Shown here in pieces: positions 10,264 to 19,033 of a stretch of DNA of 64,000 bases. Source of the stretch: Dehalococcoidia bacterium. GTDB lineage: Bacteria > Chloroflexota > Dehalococcoidia > GIF9 > AB-539-J10. A program made the translations under genes and the position numbers. The notes beneath the pieces are model-generated. The model was not told the DNA's origin. It searched no databases and worked only from the letters and a program-made list of their open reading frames with translations. The stretch's first letter is position 1. Each line of letters begins with the position of its first letter. The stretch lies in contig JAUWOR010000001.1 in NCBI GenBank assembly GCA_030612025.1, positions 96,001-160,000 on the forward strand. Reading direction: 5' to 3'.

Positions 10264-11700
10264 ATGCCTAAAACTCCGATTAAGTTTGGCACTGATGGCT
10301 GGAGGGGGATTATTGCTGAGGATTTCACCTTCGATAATGTGCGTATTTGTGCTCAGGGGGTGGCAGATTATGTCAAGCAAAGTGGCCTCAGCGAAAGGGG
10401 GCTGGTTATTGGCTATGACACTCGCTTTGCCTCTGAAGATTTCGCCGCTGCCGCTGCTGAAGTAGTTGCTGGCAATAATATCAAGGTTCACCTGTGCTTA
10501 AAGCCCACCCCTACACCAGTGGTAAGCTACACCGTCCCTGCTCTCAAAGCCGCTGGCGCTATCATCATCACTGCCAGCCATAATCCTGGTTCATGGAACG
10601 GATTCAAGTATAAATCCCAAGAAGGTGCCAGTGCCCCAAATGAGATTACCTCCCAAATAGAAAAAAACATTTATCAGCTGACAGCTGACAGCTATCAGTC
10701 ATCAGCTAAAAGGCTTGCCCTGGACAAAGCTTTGAAGAAGGGGCTAATAGACTATATGGACCCAGATCCTCCTTACTTTAGGCATCTAGCCAAGCTTATA
10801 GACATAGAAGAGCTACGAAAGCAAAAACTAAAGGTAATTGTCGACCCTATGTATGGTGCCGGAAGTGGCTACTTCAAGACGCTCCTTCAAGATGGGAATA
10901 TAGAACTTACTGAAATCAATAGTGAGAGAAATCCTTCATTTCCCGAAATTCAGCCAGAGCCAATTGCTAAAAACCTGACTAAACTTTCTAGGTTAGTCAA
11001 GGAACAAAAAGCCAACTTTGGCTTAGCCACCGATGGAGATGCCGACCGCATTGGCATCATAGATGAGAAGGGAAATTTTCTAAACCAGCATCAGGTCTTT
11101 GCCCTGCTTTGCCTTTACCTTCTGGAAGTTCGTGGTGAGCGAGGTGCCATAGTTAAAACGCTCACTTCCACTGAGATGATCTCTAAGTTAGGAAAAATCT
11201 TTGATGTCCCTGTCTATGAAACACCGGTGGGCTTTAAATACGTCGCCCCGCTTATGATACAAAAAAAGGCCATTATCGGCGGTGAAGAGAGTGGCGGCTA
11301 TGGATTTCGTGGCCATATCCCAGAGAGAGATGGCATTCTCGCCGGACTTTACTTTCTTGACTTTATGGTAAAAATGGGTAAAACGCCGTCCCAGCTCTTG
11401 GATTACCTTTATAGCAAAGTTGGCCCTCACTACTATGAGCGCATTGATTCCCATCTCACTAAAGGTAAGCGTCAAGCAATCTTAGACCGACTCTCCTCTG
11501 GTTCCATAGACACCATAGCTGGAGATAAGGTAACTAAAGTAGATACCACTGATGGCTTTCGCTTCTTTCTTGCCGATGAGTCCTGGTTGCTTATTCGTCT
11601 TTCTGGCACAGAGCCACTAGTCCGCCTTTATGCCGAGGGCGAAAGCCTCGAGAAAGTGAGAAATCTACTGAATGAAGGTAAGAAGATAATAGGCATTTAG
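10264..11700 (+). CDS. Phosphoglucomutase/phosphomannomutase family
   Basis: FGTDGWRG, TASHNP, DGDADR, GEESGG, RLSGTEP. Confidence 0.95.
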   Translation: MPKTPIKFGTDGWRGIIAEDFTFDNVRICAQGVADYVKQSGLSERGLVIGYDTRFASEDFAAAAAEVVAGNNIKVHLCLKPTPTPVVSYTVPALKAAGAIIITASHNPGSWNGFKYKSQEGASAPNEITSQIEKNIYQLTADSYQSSAKRLALDKALKKGLIDYMDPDPPYFRHLAKLIDIEELRKQKLKVIVDPMYGAGSGYFKTLLQDGNIELTEINSERNPSFPEIQPEPIAKNLTKLSRLVKEQKANFGLATDGDADRIGIIDEKGNFLNQHQVFALLCLYLLEVRGERGAIVKTLTSTEMISKLGKIFDVPVYETPVGFKYVAPLMIQKKAIIGGEESGGYGFRGHIPERDGILAGLYFLDFMVKMGKTPSQLLDYLYSKVGPHYYERIDSHLTKGKRQAILDRLSSGSIDTIAGDKVTKVDTTDGFRFFLADESWLLIRLSGTEPLVRLYAEGESLEKVRNLLNEGKKIIGI

Positions 11701-11703
11701 AAT

Positions 11704-12828
11704 ATGCTAGACCTGGATAATTTGGAGATATACCGGCAATATGACCCAAGTGGCATGCTGGTTCACCTTCATGGTTTGCCTCAGCAATGTCGCCAAGCTT
11801 GGGAAAAAGCCAGCAAGTTTGCCTTGCCGACTGACTTCAAGGACATCAACAAGATAGTTATTTGTGGCATGGGCGGCTCAGCCATCGGGGGTGATTTACT
11901 ACGCAGCCTGACTTCAGAATTAAACAAACCACTGGTATTTGTCCATAGAGGCTATGATTTGCCCGCATTTGTGGACCCAAAAACTCTGGTTATTGCTTCA
12001 AGCTATTCCGGAAACACAGAGGAAACTCTCTCTGCTTTCAAACAAGCTTTAACCACAAAGTGTAAGAAGCTTGCCATCACCACCGGCGGTAAATTAAAAA
12101 ATTTGGCCCAAGAAAATGATGTCCCCGTCTTTACCATAGATTATGTGTCTCAACCTCGAGCTGCCTTAGGCTATAGCTTTATTCCTCTCTTAGCTTTGCT
12201 TGCCAAATTGGGCTTCCTGGAGGATAAATCGGCTGATCCCACCTCGTCATTGCGAGCGAAGCGAAGCAATCTCACTGCACGAGCCTTGCCAGCCTTGGTA
12301 GAAGGAATGGCTCAACTACTTGAGGGGCTTTTAGACCAGCTAGCAGAAAACATACCGACATCTCTTAATCCAGCCAAACAGCTAGCCAGGAAACTATTCG
12401 GCAAGCTAATAGCCATCTATAGCGCTGGTATACTTTCCCCGGTAGCCCAAAGGTGGAAGGGGCAATTCAATGAAAATAGCAAAGCTTGGGCTTTCTACGA
12501 AACTTTCTCCGAACTCAATCACAATGCTGTGGTCGGCTACGAATTCCCCAAAGAAATGAAAAAAGGGATATATATAGTTATGCTCTGTTGCCCCTCACTC
12601 CATTCCAGAATCCTGAGTCGCTACCAAATAACCAGCGAAATCCTGGAAAAGGCTGGAGTGGAGCATGAAATTATCGATAGCCAAGGTGAAAATGACTTAA
12701 CTCGGATAATGAGCCTGGTATTCCTTGGCGACTGGGTAAGCTATTATTTAGCCATGCTTAATCAGACTGACCCCACACCGGTGAAGATGATTGATTACCT
12801 AAAGAAGCGATTAAACAGTATTGAATAG
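11704..12828 (+). CDS. Bifunctional phosphoglucose/phosphomannose isomerase (SIS + PGI/PMI C-domain)
   Basis: GMGGSAIGG, SYSGNTEET, QPRAALG, QFNENSK, ELNHN. Confidence 0.93.
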   Translation: MLDLDNLEIYRQYDPSGMLVHLHGLPQQCRQAWEKASKFALPTDFKDINKIVICGMGGSAIGGDLLRSLTSELNKPLVFVHRGYDLPAFVDPKTLVIASSYSGNTEETLSAFKQALTTKCKKLAITTGGKLKNLAQENDVPVFTIDYVSQPRAALGYSFIPLLALLAKLGFLEDKSADPTSSLRAKRSNLTARALPALVEGMAQLLEGLLDQLAENIPTSLNPAKQLARKLFGKLIAIYSAGILSPVAQRWKGQFNENSKAWAFYETFSELNHNAVVGYEFPKEMKKGIYIVMLCCPSLHSRILSRYQITSEILEKAGVEHEIIDSQGENDLTRIMSLVFLGDWVSYYLAMLNQTDPTPVKMIDYLKKRLNSIE

Positions 12829-12975
12829 TGCTAAATAGCGGAGGCTTTCAAAAAAATCGAACTGATTTTGAGAACCGCGGCTGAAAATCTCTACGCTCCA
12901 GCCACCGCCCTCTGACCTGTCGTTTCTAACGATTTCAAGTTTTTCTTTGACGGCAAATTCCTTTTCTATACTCGC

Positions 12976-13015
12976 GCATAACGTTCTTGGGCTTTGCGAA
13001 GTGCCCGAGGGGCAT
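12976..13015 (-). repeat. Partial attC-like site (3' half)
   Basis: Minus strand ...CTTCGCAAAGCCCAAGAAC-GTTATGC (GTTRRRY-like R') just after the stop codon of 13021..13593. Confidence 0.5.
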
Positions 13016-13020
13016 ATGAA

Positions 13021-13593
13021 TCACTTTTTCCCAAATTTCGGTATTCCTATCCATTTTGGGGTCTTATTCATATATTCTCGATATGCATTCCCATACCTCT
13101 CAAGACACATGCGTTCTTCGGGAATTGCCAAAATGTTCAGCAGGATTATGGATAGCATTGCGCATAGCAGAAAAACCCAGGAAGCACAGGCTATGCCTAT
13201 GCCGATGGGTATCAAGAAGAAGCCAAAGTACATAGGGTTTCTTGAAATGTGAAATGCCCCTTTGGTGCCTGGTTTATCCACCGGAGTAGTAGCAAAACTT
13301 AGCATTGCCATGGTGACAAAAATCATACCCAGCAAATAAATAAAGAATCCGGCATAGAACCAGGCTGTGCCTAGTTTCAGCGGCAAGAAAATACTATAAA
13401 TCCCTGAAGCATAATAAATCACCATATAGATATAATTGAGTTTCTTCTCCTTTTCATTATATTGGGGCCAAATGAACAGCGTCGCTTTCTTATTAACAAT
13501 CAAGTACCTCAGACCGTAACTTATTAAGACCATGCCAAGTATAAAAATCCAGGCATTCCATAAGCCTATCTCAAAAACTGGTGTAAATGACAT
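13021..13593 (-). CDS. Isoprenylcysteine carboxylmethyltransferase/PEMT-family membrane methyltransferase
   Basis: TM helices; G.F.ISRNPMY.G; EERMCLERYG.AYREY...TPKWIG. Confidence 0.88.
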   Translation of the reverse strand: MSFTPVFEIGLWNAWIFILGMVLISYGLRYLIVNKKATLFIWPQYNEKEKKLNYIYMVIYYASGIYSIFLPLKLGTAWFYAGFFIYLLGMIFVTMAMLSFATTPVDKPGTKGAFHISRNPMYFGFFLIPIGIGIACASWVFLLCAMLSIILLNILAIPEERMCLERYGNAYREYMNKTPKWIGIPKFGKK

Positions 13594-13706
13594 GATCTTT
13601 CCCCTTTAGTTCACTCTCCCCACTTCAATTTTTATTCATTTTCTAATTCTTACTTCATAGAAGGTTACTCTTATTTTTTATATTTTTGTTCCGAAGAGAG
13701 CATTAC

Positions 13707-13740
13707 GTCTAACGTTCCCAGCACATACGCTATGTTGGGC
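13707..13740 (-). repeat. Internally deleted attC-like site
   Basis: Minus strand GCCCAAC-20 nt-GTTAGAC (RYYYAAC / GTTRRRY), between two co-oriented genes. Confidence 0.55.
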
Positions 13741-13754
13741 GAAGTCGCCCATTA

Positions 13755-14285
13755 CTATACCGCTTTCAAGAAACTATACGTTCTTTTGCCCTTTCTTGAC
13801 AGCCTAAACAAGCCTTTATTTGTTAGCCTGGATATTATTTCACTTTCTTTCATATGATGGTCACTGAAGGATAGGATTCCATTCGGTTTCAATATCCGAT
13901 GTAACTCTTCTAGTACTCCATTTGGGTCACTCAACGTGTGAAAGGTATCGTATAATAGAACTACATCTACGCTATTATCAGGCAATCCAGTTTTGCAATC
14001 GGAACAAATGGTTTCCACATTCGTCAGTTGCTTTTTTGAAGCGCTACTCTGAACCATCCGGATTGCAAGTGGATGGATATCCAAGGCGTAAATTTTCCCT
14101 GATTCCCCCACCAATTCTGCAGCAGTGGTTATATAACTCCCAGGACCACAGCCATAATCAAGGATATGAAACCCTGGTTTTATCCCCACCTCTTCCAAGA
14201 TATTCTTGCGGGGTAAGAAGAAATCTCGAAATTTGTAGGTGAAAGACATAACTTTAAAATGAAATTTGGGTTCTGGTTTATCCAT
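13755..14285 (-). CDS. Class I SAM-dependent methyltransferase
   Basis: ILDYGCGPG motif I, YALDIH, LHRILKPNG; ATG at 14285 preceded by AGGAGG. Confidence 0.9.
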   Translation of the reverse strand: MDKPEPKFHFKVMSFTYKFRDFFLPRKNILEEVGIKPGFHILDYGCGPGSYITTAAELVGESGKIYALDIHPLAIRMVQSSASKKQLTNVETICSDCKTGLPDNSVDVVLLYDTFHTLSDPNGVLEELHRILKPNGILSFSDHHMKESEIISRLTNKGLFRLSRKGKRTYSFLKAV

Positions 14286-14321
14286 GGTAGTTTCCTCCTG
14301 TTTTCCTTTTAAAAGGCGATT

Positions 14322-14408
14322 TCGTCTAACGTCTCGCGGGTATATGAAGTTGTCCGTAAGGGCAATTTGGGCGGAGCGAAGCATAGCCATATACCCGCTG
14401 TTAGACGA
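14322..14408 (-). repeat. Complete attC-like recombination site
   Basis: TCGTCTAAC...GTTAGACGA outer arms; perfect 11-bp inner arms GCGGGTATATG/CATATACCCGC with asymmetric spacers; 87 bp. Confidence 0.75.
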
Positions 14409-14462
14409 GTCTGTTAAGACCAAATTTCTTTCAGAAATTTGAGTGCGAGCAAGCCGCCACTT

Positions 14463-15272
14463 TTATTTCCTACCAACGTATATTCCATATCCGAAGTATT
14501 TGAACAAACCGAAAATACTCTTGGGGATTGCCAAAGTTTCTTTTATAAATTTCCTGCAAGCTGAACTTTTGATGAACAGGAACAAAAATCTGTACCAGGC
14601 TCTCAGGAAATCCAAAAACTCTAACTGGCTAACTTCGCTAATCCACTGGCCTAGAGCGTTGACTTTGTAGGTTCTTACTACCATATCCCTCAATCCAGAG
14701 CCTCCCAACAATTCTTGCCAACCATCAGAAGTCAGAATTTCTTTAACCCCGGAAATGCGAGATAGATATTCAACCAATTCTGTTGGAGGTGGTGCTTTTA
14801 TCCAAGTACACTCATTAAGCCCGACGTATCCTCCTGGCTTTGTTACCCGCACATACTCGCTTACCGCTCTCTGTTTGTCTTCTACAAATGCGTTTACGGA
14901 CTCGCAAATGACTGCGTCGAAAAGGGCGTCCTCGAAAGGGAGGTTTTGTGCGTCTGCTACCCTAAATTCAACTCTATCCTCTACACCTTCTCTTTTCACC
15001 CTTTCATTTGACCAATCGATCATCCTTTCATAAATGTCCACCCCGACCACTCTACAGCCATACCTTTTTGCAAGGTAGCAAAGAGTTACTCCAACGCTAC
15101 AACCGACAACCAGGACGTATTTGCCTTTGTTTATGTGGCATAACTCAATTAGCTCTTTTGTGGCCTTTAAACCCCCCATATGTTTTGTGATGCCCAAGTA
15201 AGCTTGAAATTCGAAGTAAGGGCTTTCCAGTTCTGAAACCTCTTCCGGTGATGATTGTTTTTTATTCTCCAT
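14463..15272 (-). CDS. Class I SAM-dependent methyltransferase (UbiE/Methyltransf_11-like)
   Basis: H.GGLKAT, VLVVGCSVG, VGVDI, ADAQNLPF.D..FDAV, RVTKPGG. Confidence 0.9.
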   Translation of the reverse strand: MENKKQSSPEEVSELESPYFEFQAYLGITKHMGGLKATKELIELCHINKGKYVLVVGCSVGVTLCYLAKRYGCRVVGVDIYERMIDWSNERVKREGVEDRVEFRVADAQNLPFEDALFDAVICESVNAFVEDKQRAVSEYVRVTKPGGYVGLNECTWIKAPPPTELVEYLSRISGVKEILTSDGWQELLGGSGLRDMVVRTYKVNALGQWISEVSQLEFLDFLRAWYRFLFLFIKSSACRKFIKETLAIPKSIFGLFKYFGYGIYVGRK

Positions 15273-15434
15273 TTTTCACTTGAAATGAATAAGTCTTTGC
15301 TATTTAAAAGGATTTCGTAGGTGGCGAGCATTTCGTCTAGCTCGCTTCTGCAAAGTATTTTTGCTAAAAGACGTTTTTCTTATATGTTATACCAAACTGC
15401 TTATCTATCTGAACGAGATCGGCCATTTTCCAAC

Positions 15435-15526
15435 TGGCGGAGGGAGTGGGATTTGAACCCACGACCCCGATTTCTCGGGGTAAGCGCTTAGCAGGCGCCC
15501 GCACTAGGCCACTATGCGATCCCTCC
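15435..15526 (-). tRNA. tRNA-Ser(GCT)
   Basis: Reverse complement GGAGGGA..TAGTGG..CTGCTAA..long variable arm..GGTTCAAATCC..CCCTCCGCCA; CCA encoded. Confidence 0.95.
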
Positions 15527-15760
15527 ATGGACTTGAGGGGACAATAGACAGAACTTTTAGCCCTGCATTCAATCTTACTTCCTAGTCTACTGCCGCCATA
15601 GCTGTTATTTTACCATGTAGAATGATTAAGCCACAACTTGGTCGACATTCATCTTTGCAAGGCAGCTAGAGCCCCTCTTGCACCCGCCAAATTCTAACCC
15701 TTATCAGGAGGCTTTCACAGTTAGGTGTTGAGCCGGATAAAGTCGTTGCTTCGCAATGCT

Positions 15761-15817
15761 TCCATCTTTCAAACTTCTTCATGTTATAAACGCTTTGAGT
15801 TTGTATAAAGTCCGCCC
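15761..15817 (-). pseudogene. 57-bp metF fragment (ADFIQTQSVY..KKFERW)
   Basis: 54/57 nt identical to 21460-21516. Confidence 0.8.
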
Positions 15818-15892
15818 AATTTCATAAAAATGGCAAGGAAGGCGCTAGCTTCCAAAAAGTCCCTGAATAAGAGCCTTCTTAAGTCTTGAAAT

Positions 15893-15920
15893 TTGCAAAT
15901 AGTAGCAAAAGCGTTAAAAT
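15893..15920 (+). promoter_or_regulatory. Candidate sigma70 promoter for the hydrogenase operon
   Basis: TTGCAA-16 nt-TAAAAT; same -35 hexamer as the kinase promoter at 22312. Confidence 0.45.
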
Positions 15921-15938
15921 CTCGGGTTGACTAGTGAG

Positions 15939-16069
15939 ATGATAAATAACCTGCTAGGATAGTTTGTTCTAGGCTGGAACATATGAGGAAGATGCTAGGA
16001 CATATTTTATCCATCGTTTTTCACGACTTAGAGGCTCCTCTAGCTGTGATTGAAAGAGTTCAAGGCTAA
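15939..16069 (+). pseudogene. Frameshifted histidine-kinase H-box fragment, paralogous to 22353..23495
   Basis: MINNL/ARIVCSRLEHMRKMLGHILSIVFHDLEAPLAVIE vs MNNLAKVVSSRLKHARETMGRILSVIFHDLKAPLAAVE. Confidence 0.8.
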
Positions 16070-16093
16070 AGCAATAGAATCGAAAGGAGTGTT

Positions 16094-16981
16094 ATGAAAG
16101 TTTCGAACGTGAAGGAGTACCCAGCAATATGGCTACAATGTGCTGCCTGCACTGGGTGCTCTGTTTCAGTTCTCAATGCTGTAAATCCCTCTATTAAAAA
16201 TCTACTAATTGATGAGGTGCTCCCCGGGAAGCACATAAATTTGAGATTCCACCCCACTGTGATGGCAGGATCGGGAGCACCAGTGGTCGAAGTTATGGAG
16301 GATACCTCAAAGCAGAAAAGGGGTGATTATATTCTCATCGTAGAGGGTGCTATTCCTACAGCCAAGAACGGCATCCACGGGGTAGTTGGGGAGAAGGCTG
16401 GAAAGCCTGTGACCATGCTGTCGCGGTTTGAGGAGTTAGCCAAAGATGCCCTAGTAGTTATAGCCTTGGGGACTTGTGCTGCCTTTGGGGGAATCCCGGC
16501 TGCTCATCCCAACCCTAGCCAATGCCTTAGCGTGGGAGATGTTCTTCAATCTCGAGACATCAATACCTTTTTGGTAAACATCCCAGGCTGCCCACCACAC
16601 CCCGATTGGTTTGTGGGCACAGTGGCAAGTATCTTGTTTTCAGGCTTACCAAAGCCAGAGGACTTGGACGAATATAGACGTCCCAAAGCCTTCTATGGTC
16701 AACTAATCCATGAAAACTGCCCGCGGCGAGCCTACTACGATGAGAACAAGTTTGCTAAGAAGTTTGGCGATCCCGGCTGCCTCTATGAACTGGGATGCAA
16801 GGGTTCAGTAACCTATTCCGATTGTCCTTTAAGGCTTTGGAACAATGGGGTGAACTGGTGTATAGCTAATGGTTCCCCTTGTATTGGTTGCACGGAGCCA
16901 GGCTTTCCTGATGAAGTGTCACCTCTTTACGAGAAGATAACAGCCACTCTGCCGGAAACACCAACAGGAGGTTCGAGTTAA
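16094..16981 (+). CDS. [NiFe] hydrogenase small subunit, group 1-type, no Tat signal
   Basis: WLQ..ACTGC, GTCAAFGG, PGCPPHP, HENCPRR, CLYELGCKG..TYSDC, WC..NGSPCIGCTEP. Confidence 0.93.
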   Translation: MKVSNVKEYPAIWLQCAACTGCSVSVLNAVNPSIKNLLIDEVLPGKHINLRFHPTVMAGSGAPVVEVMEDTSKQKRGDYILIVEGAIPTAKNGIHGVVGEKAGKPVTMLSRFEELAKDALVVIALGTCAAFGGIPAAHPNPSQCLSVGDVLQSRDINTFLVNIPGCPPHPDWFVGTVASILFSGLPKPEDLDEYRRPKAFYGQLIHENCPRRAYYDENKFAKKFGDPGCLYELGCKGSVTYSDCPLRLWNNGVNWCIANGSPCIGCTEPGFPDEVSPLYEKITATLPETPTGGSS

Positions 16982-18540
16982 TGGGTAAGATTATAATCGA
17001 CCCGGTAACACGCATTGAAGGGCATCTCAAAATCGAGGTGGTGGTTGAGAATAAAGAAGTAAAGGAAGCTAGGAGTTCAGGGACATTATTTCGCGGCTTA
17101 GAGCTAATCCTAAGGGGCAGAGATCCCCGTGATGCCCAACGGATAACTCAGCGTATTTGTGGGGTTTGCCCCACAAGCCACTCCACAGCAGCCGCTCTAA
17201 GCTTGGATAGTGCTTTCGGAATCGCTGATAAAATACCGGATAATGGTAGGATAATACGTAATCTAATTCTTGGCGCAGCTCATATCGCAGACCACATCCT
17301 CCACTTCTATCACCTGGTTGCCCTCGACTATGTGGATGTAACTGAAATAGCAAAATATGAAGGCAATACCCCGACCCTAAATTCAATAAAGAGCTTTATT
17401 AAGCGAGGTGAGCTTGGTCCCTTTATCCCTCGCTATGAAGGCGATTATCGCTTGCCCGATAAGGTTAATGAGCAAGCGGTAGCTCATTATGTTCAGGCAT
17501 TTGATATGCGCCGTAAAGGTCAAGAGATGCTTTCTCTCTTTGGCGGCAAGATGCCTCACAATGTTGGCATCGTCCCTGGAGGTGTTACTTCTACTCCTAC
17601 AGTAGATAAGATAATATCCTTCCTGTGGAGGCTTAAAGAGCTCCAAGAATTTATCGATAACGTCTATATCCCCGACGTAGCAGCAATAACCCAAGCTTAT
17701 CCCGATTACCTTGAGATTGGGCATGGTTGCGGGAGCTTGCTTTCCTATGGAGCCTATGAACTGGATGGGAAGGAGCCTAACCTCACAAAAAGGAAGAGAC
17801 TATTTAAGCCAGGAATAACTTCCACCGACCTTAGCTTTAATGGGCTGAAGCCAGATAAAATTGCCGAGGAAGTGAAGCATTCTTGGTATAGTGATTCCAT
17901 TAGTGGCAGGCATCCCTCTCAAGGCGACATTATACTCAATGAGGAGAAGGATGGGGCCTATTCCTGGATAAAATCCCCGCGTTATGAAGGCAAGGTTTAT
18001 GAGGCTGGTCCCTTAGCTCGACTCATGGTTACCTATGTTAGTGGCAAGCCTGAGGTTAAAAGCCTTGTTGACTCCACCTTGGCGAAGCTAAGTATAAGTA
18101 TAGATGCTATGTTCTCCGTTTTAGGGCGTCACCTTGCTCGAGCCCTGGAAACCAAGTTTATAGCTGATTCCATGGCTGATTGGCTCTTGGAGCTCAAGCC
18201 TAATGAGCCAGCTTATGTAAGCTACGAGCTTCCACAGGAGGCTACTGGAATGGGTTTGACTGAGGCAGCCAGGGGAGCATTGGGACATTGGATAGAGATA
18301 AGAGAGGGCAAAATTGCCAATTATCAAGTCGTTACTCCCACTAGCTGGAATGCCTCCCCTATAGATGATAGGGAACAACCTGGACCTATTGAGCAGGCTA
18401 TCACAGGAGCCAAGATAAAGGATGAAGCTAATCCCTTTGAAATCGTGCGCATTGTGCGCTCCTTTGACCCCTGCTTAGCCTGTGCCGTACATTTAATTAG
18501 TCCTAAGGGGCATGATCTAGGGGCATATCGCATCTGTTGA
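16981..18540 (+). CDS. [NiFe] hydrogenase large subunit, group 1a (HysA/HynA-like, Cys not Sec)
   Basis: DPVTRIEGH, L1 QRICGVCPTSH, L2 RSFDPCLACAVH plus a cleavable C-terminal tail. Confidence 0.95.
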   Translation: MGKIIIDPVTRIEGHLKIEVVVENKEVKEARSSGTLFRGLELILRGRDPRDAQRITQRICGVCPTSHSTAAALSLDSAFGIADKIPDNGRIIRNLILGAAHIADHILHFYHLVALDYVDVTEIAKYEGNTPTLNSIKSFIKRGELGPFIPRYEGDYRLPDKVNEQAVAHYVQAFDMRRKGQEMLSLFGGKMPHNVGIVPGGVTSTPTVDKIISFLWRLKELQEFIDNVYIPDVAAITQAYPDYLEIGHGCGSLLSYGAYELDGKEPNLTKRKRLFKPGITSTDLSFNGLKPDKIAEEVKHSWYSDSISGRHPSQGDIILNEEKDGAYSWIKSPRYEGKVYEAGPLARLMVTYVSGKPEVKSLVDSTLAKLSISIDAMFSVLGRHLARALETKFIADSMADWLLELKPNEPAYVSYELPQEATGMGLTEAARGALGHWIEIREGKIANYQVVTPTSWNASPIDDREQPGPIEQAITGAKIKDEANPFEIVRIVRSFDPCLACAVHLISPKGHDLGAYRIC

Positions 18541-18556
18541 TAAGGACAAAAGAGAA

Positions 18557-18991
18557 ATGGAAACCATCATTCTGGGAATAGGGAATGTCCTATTGAAGGA
18601 CGAGGGAGTGGGGTGCCATGTCGCCCACGCTTTGGAGAAAATTCCCCTTCCCAATACAAAGGTGATAGATGGCGGGACATCCCCAAATATATTGTTCCTC
18701 GAGGACGCCGCTAAATTGATTGTAGTGGATGCTGTTAAGGGGGGAGGGGTGCCAGGAGAAGTTTATCGCTTTCGTCTTGATGATATAGCTCTAGAGCAAA
18801 AGCCATTTCTATCCCTTCACGATATAGGCTTAATAGACAATTTGCTGTTAATGAGACTTTTACATAACATAGGCGAGACCATCATTATTGGGGTTGAGCC
18901 CAAAGAGATAGAGTGGAGTTTGGAATTATCGCCTGAGCTTCAAGCGAAGATACCTCGGATAGTGGAGACGATATTAGCAGAACTTAGTTAG
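18557..18991 (+). CDS. Hydrogenase maturation protease (HyaD/HybD family)
   Basis: LGIGNVLLKDEGVG, IDGGT, VVDAV, SLHD. Confidence 0.93.
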   Translation: METIILGIGNVLLKDEGVGCHVAHALEKIPLPNTKVIDGGTSPNILFLEDAAKLIVVDAVKGGGVPGEVYRFRLDDIALEQKPFLSLHDIGLIDNLLLMRLLHNIGETIIIGVEPKEIEWSLELSPELQAKIPRIVETILAELS

Positions 18992-19018
18992 CTGAAAGCT
19001 GTCAGCTGATAGCTATCA
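18991..19018. repeat. (C)AGCTG/A heptamer repeat tract
   Basis: gctgaaa-gctgtca-gctgata-gctatca. Confidence 0.6.
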
Positions 19019-19033
19019 GAAAGGAGAGGTGGA

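Noticed and set aside
14286-14423. N-terminal extension of the 222-aa methyltransferase ORF
   Set aside because: It reads through the attC-like site; the RBS-preceded ATG is at 14285.
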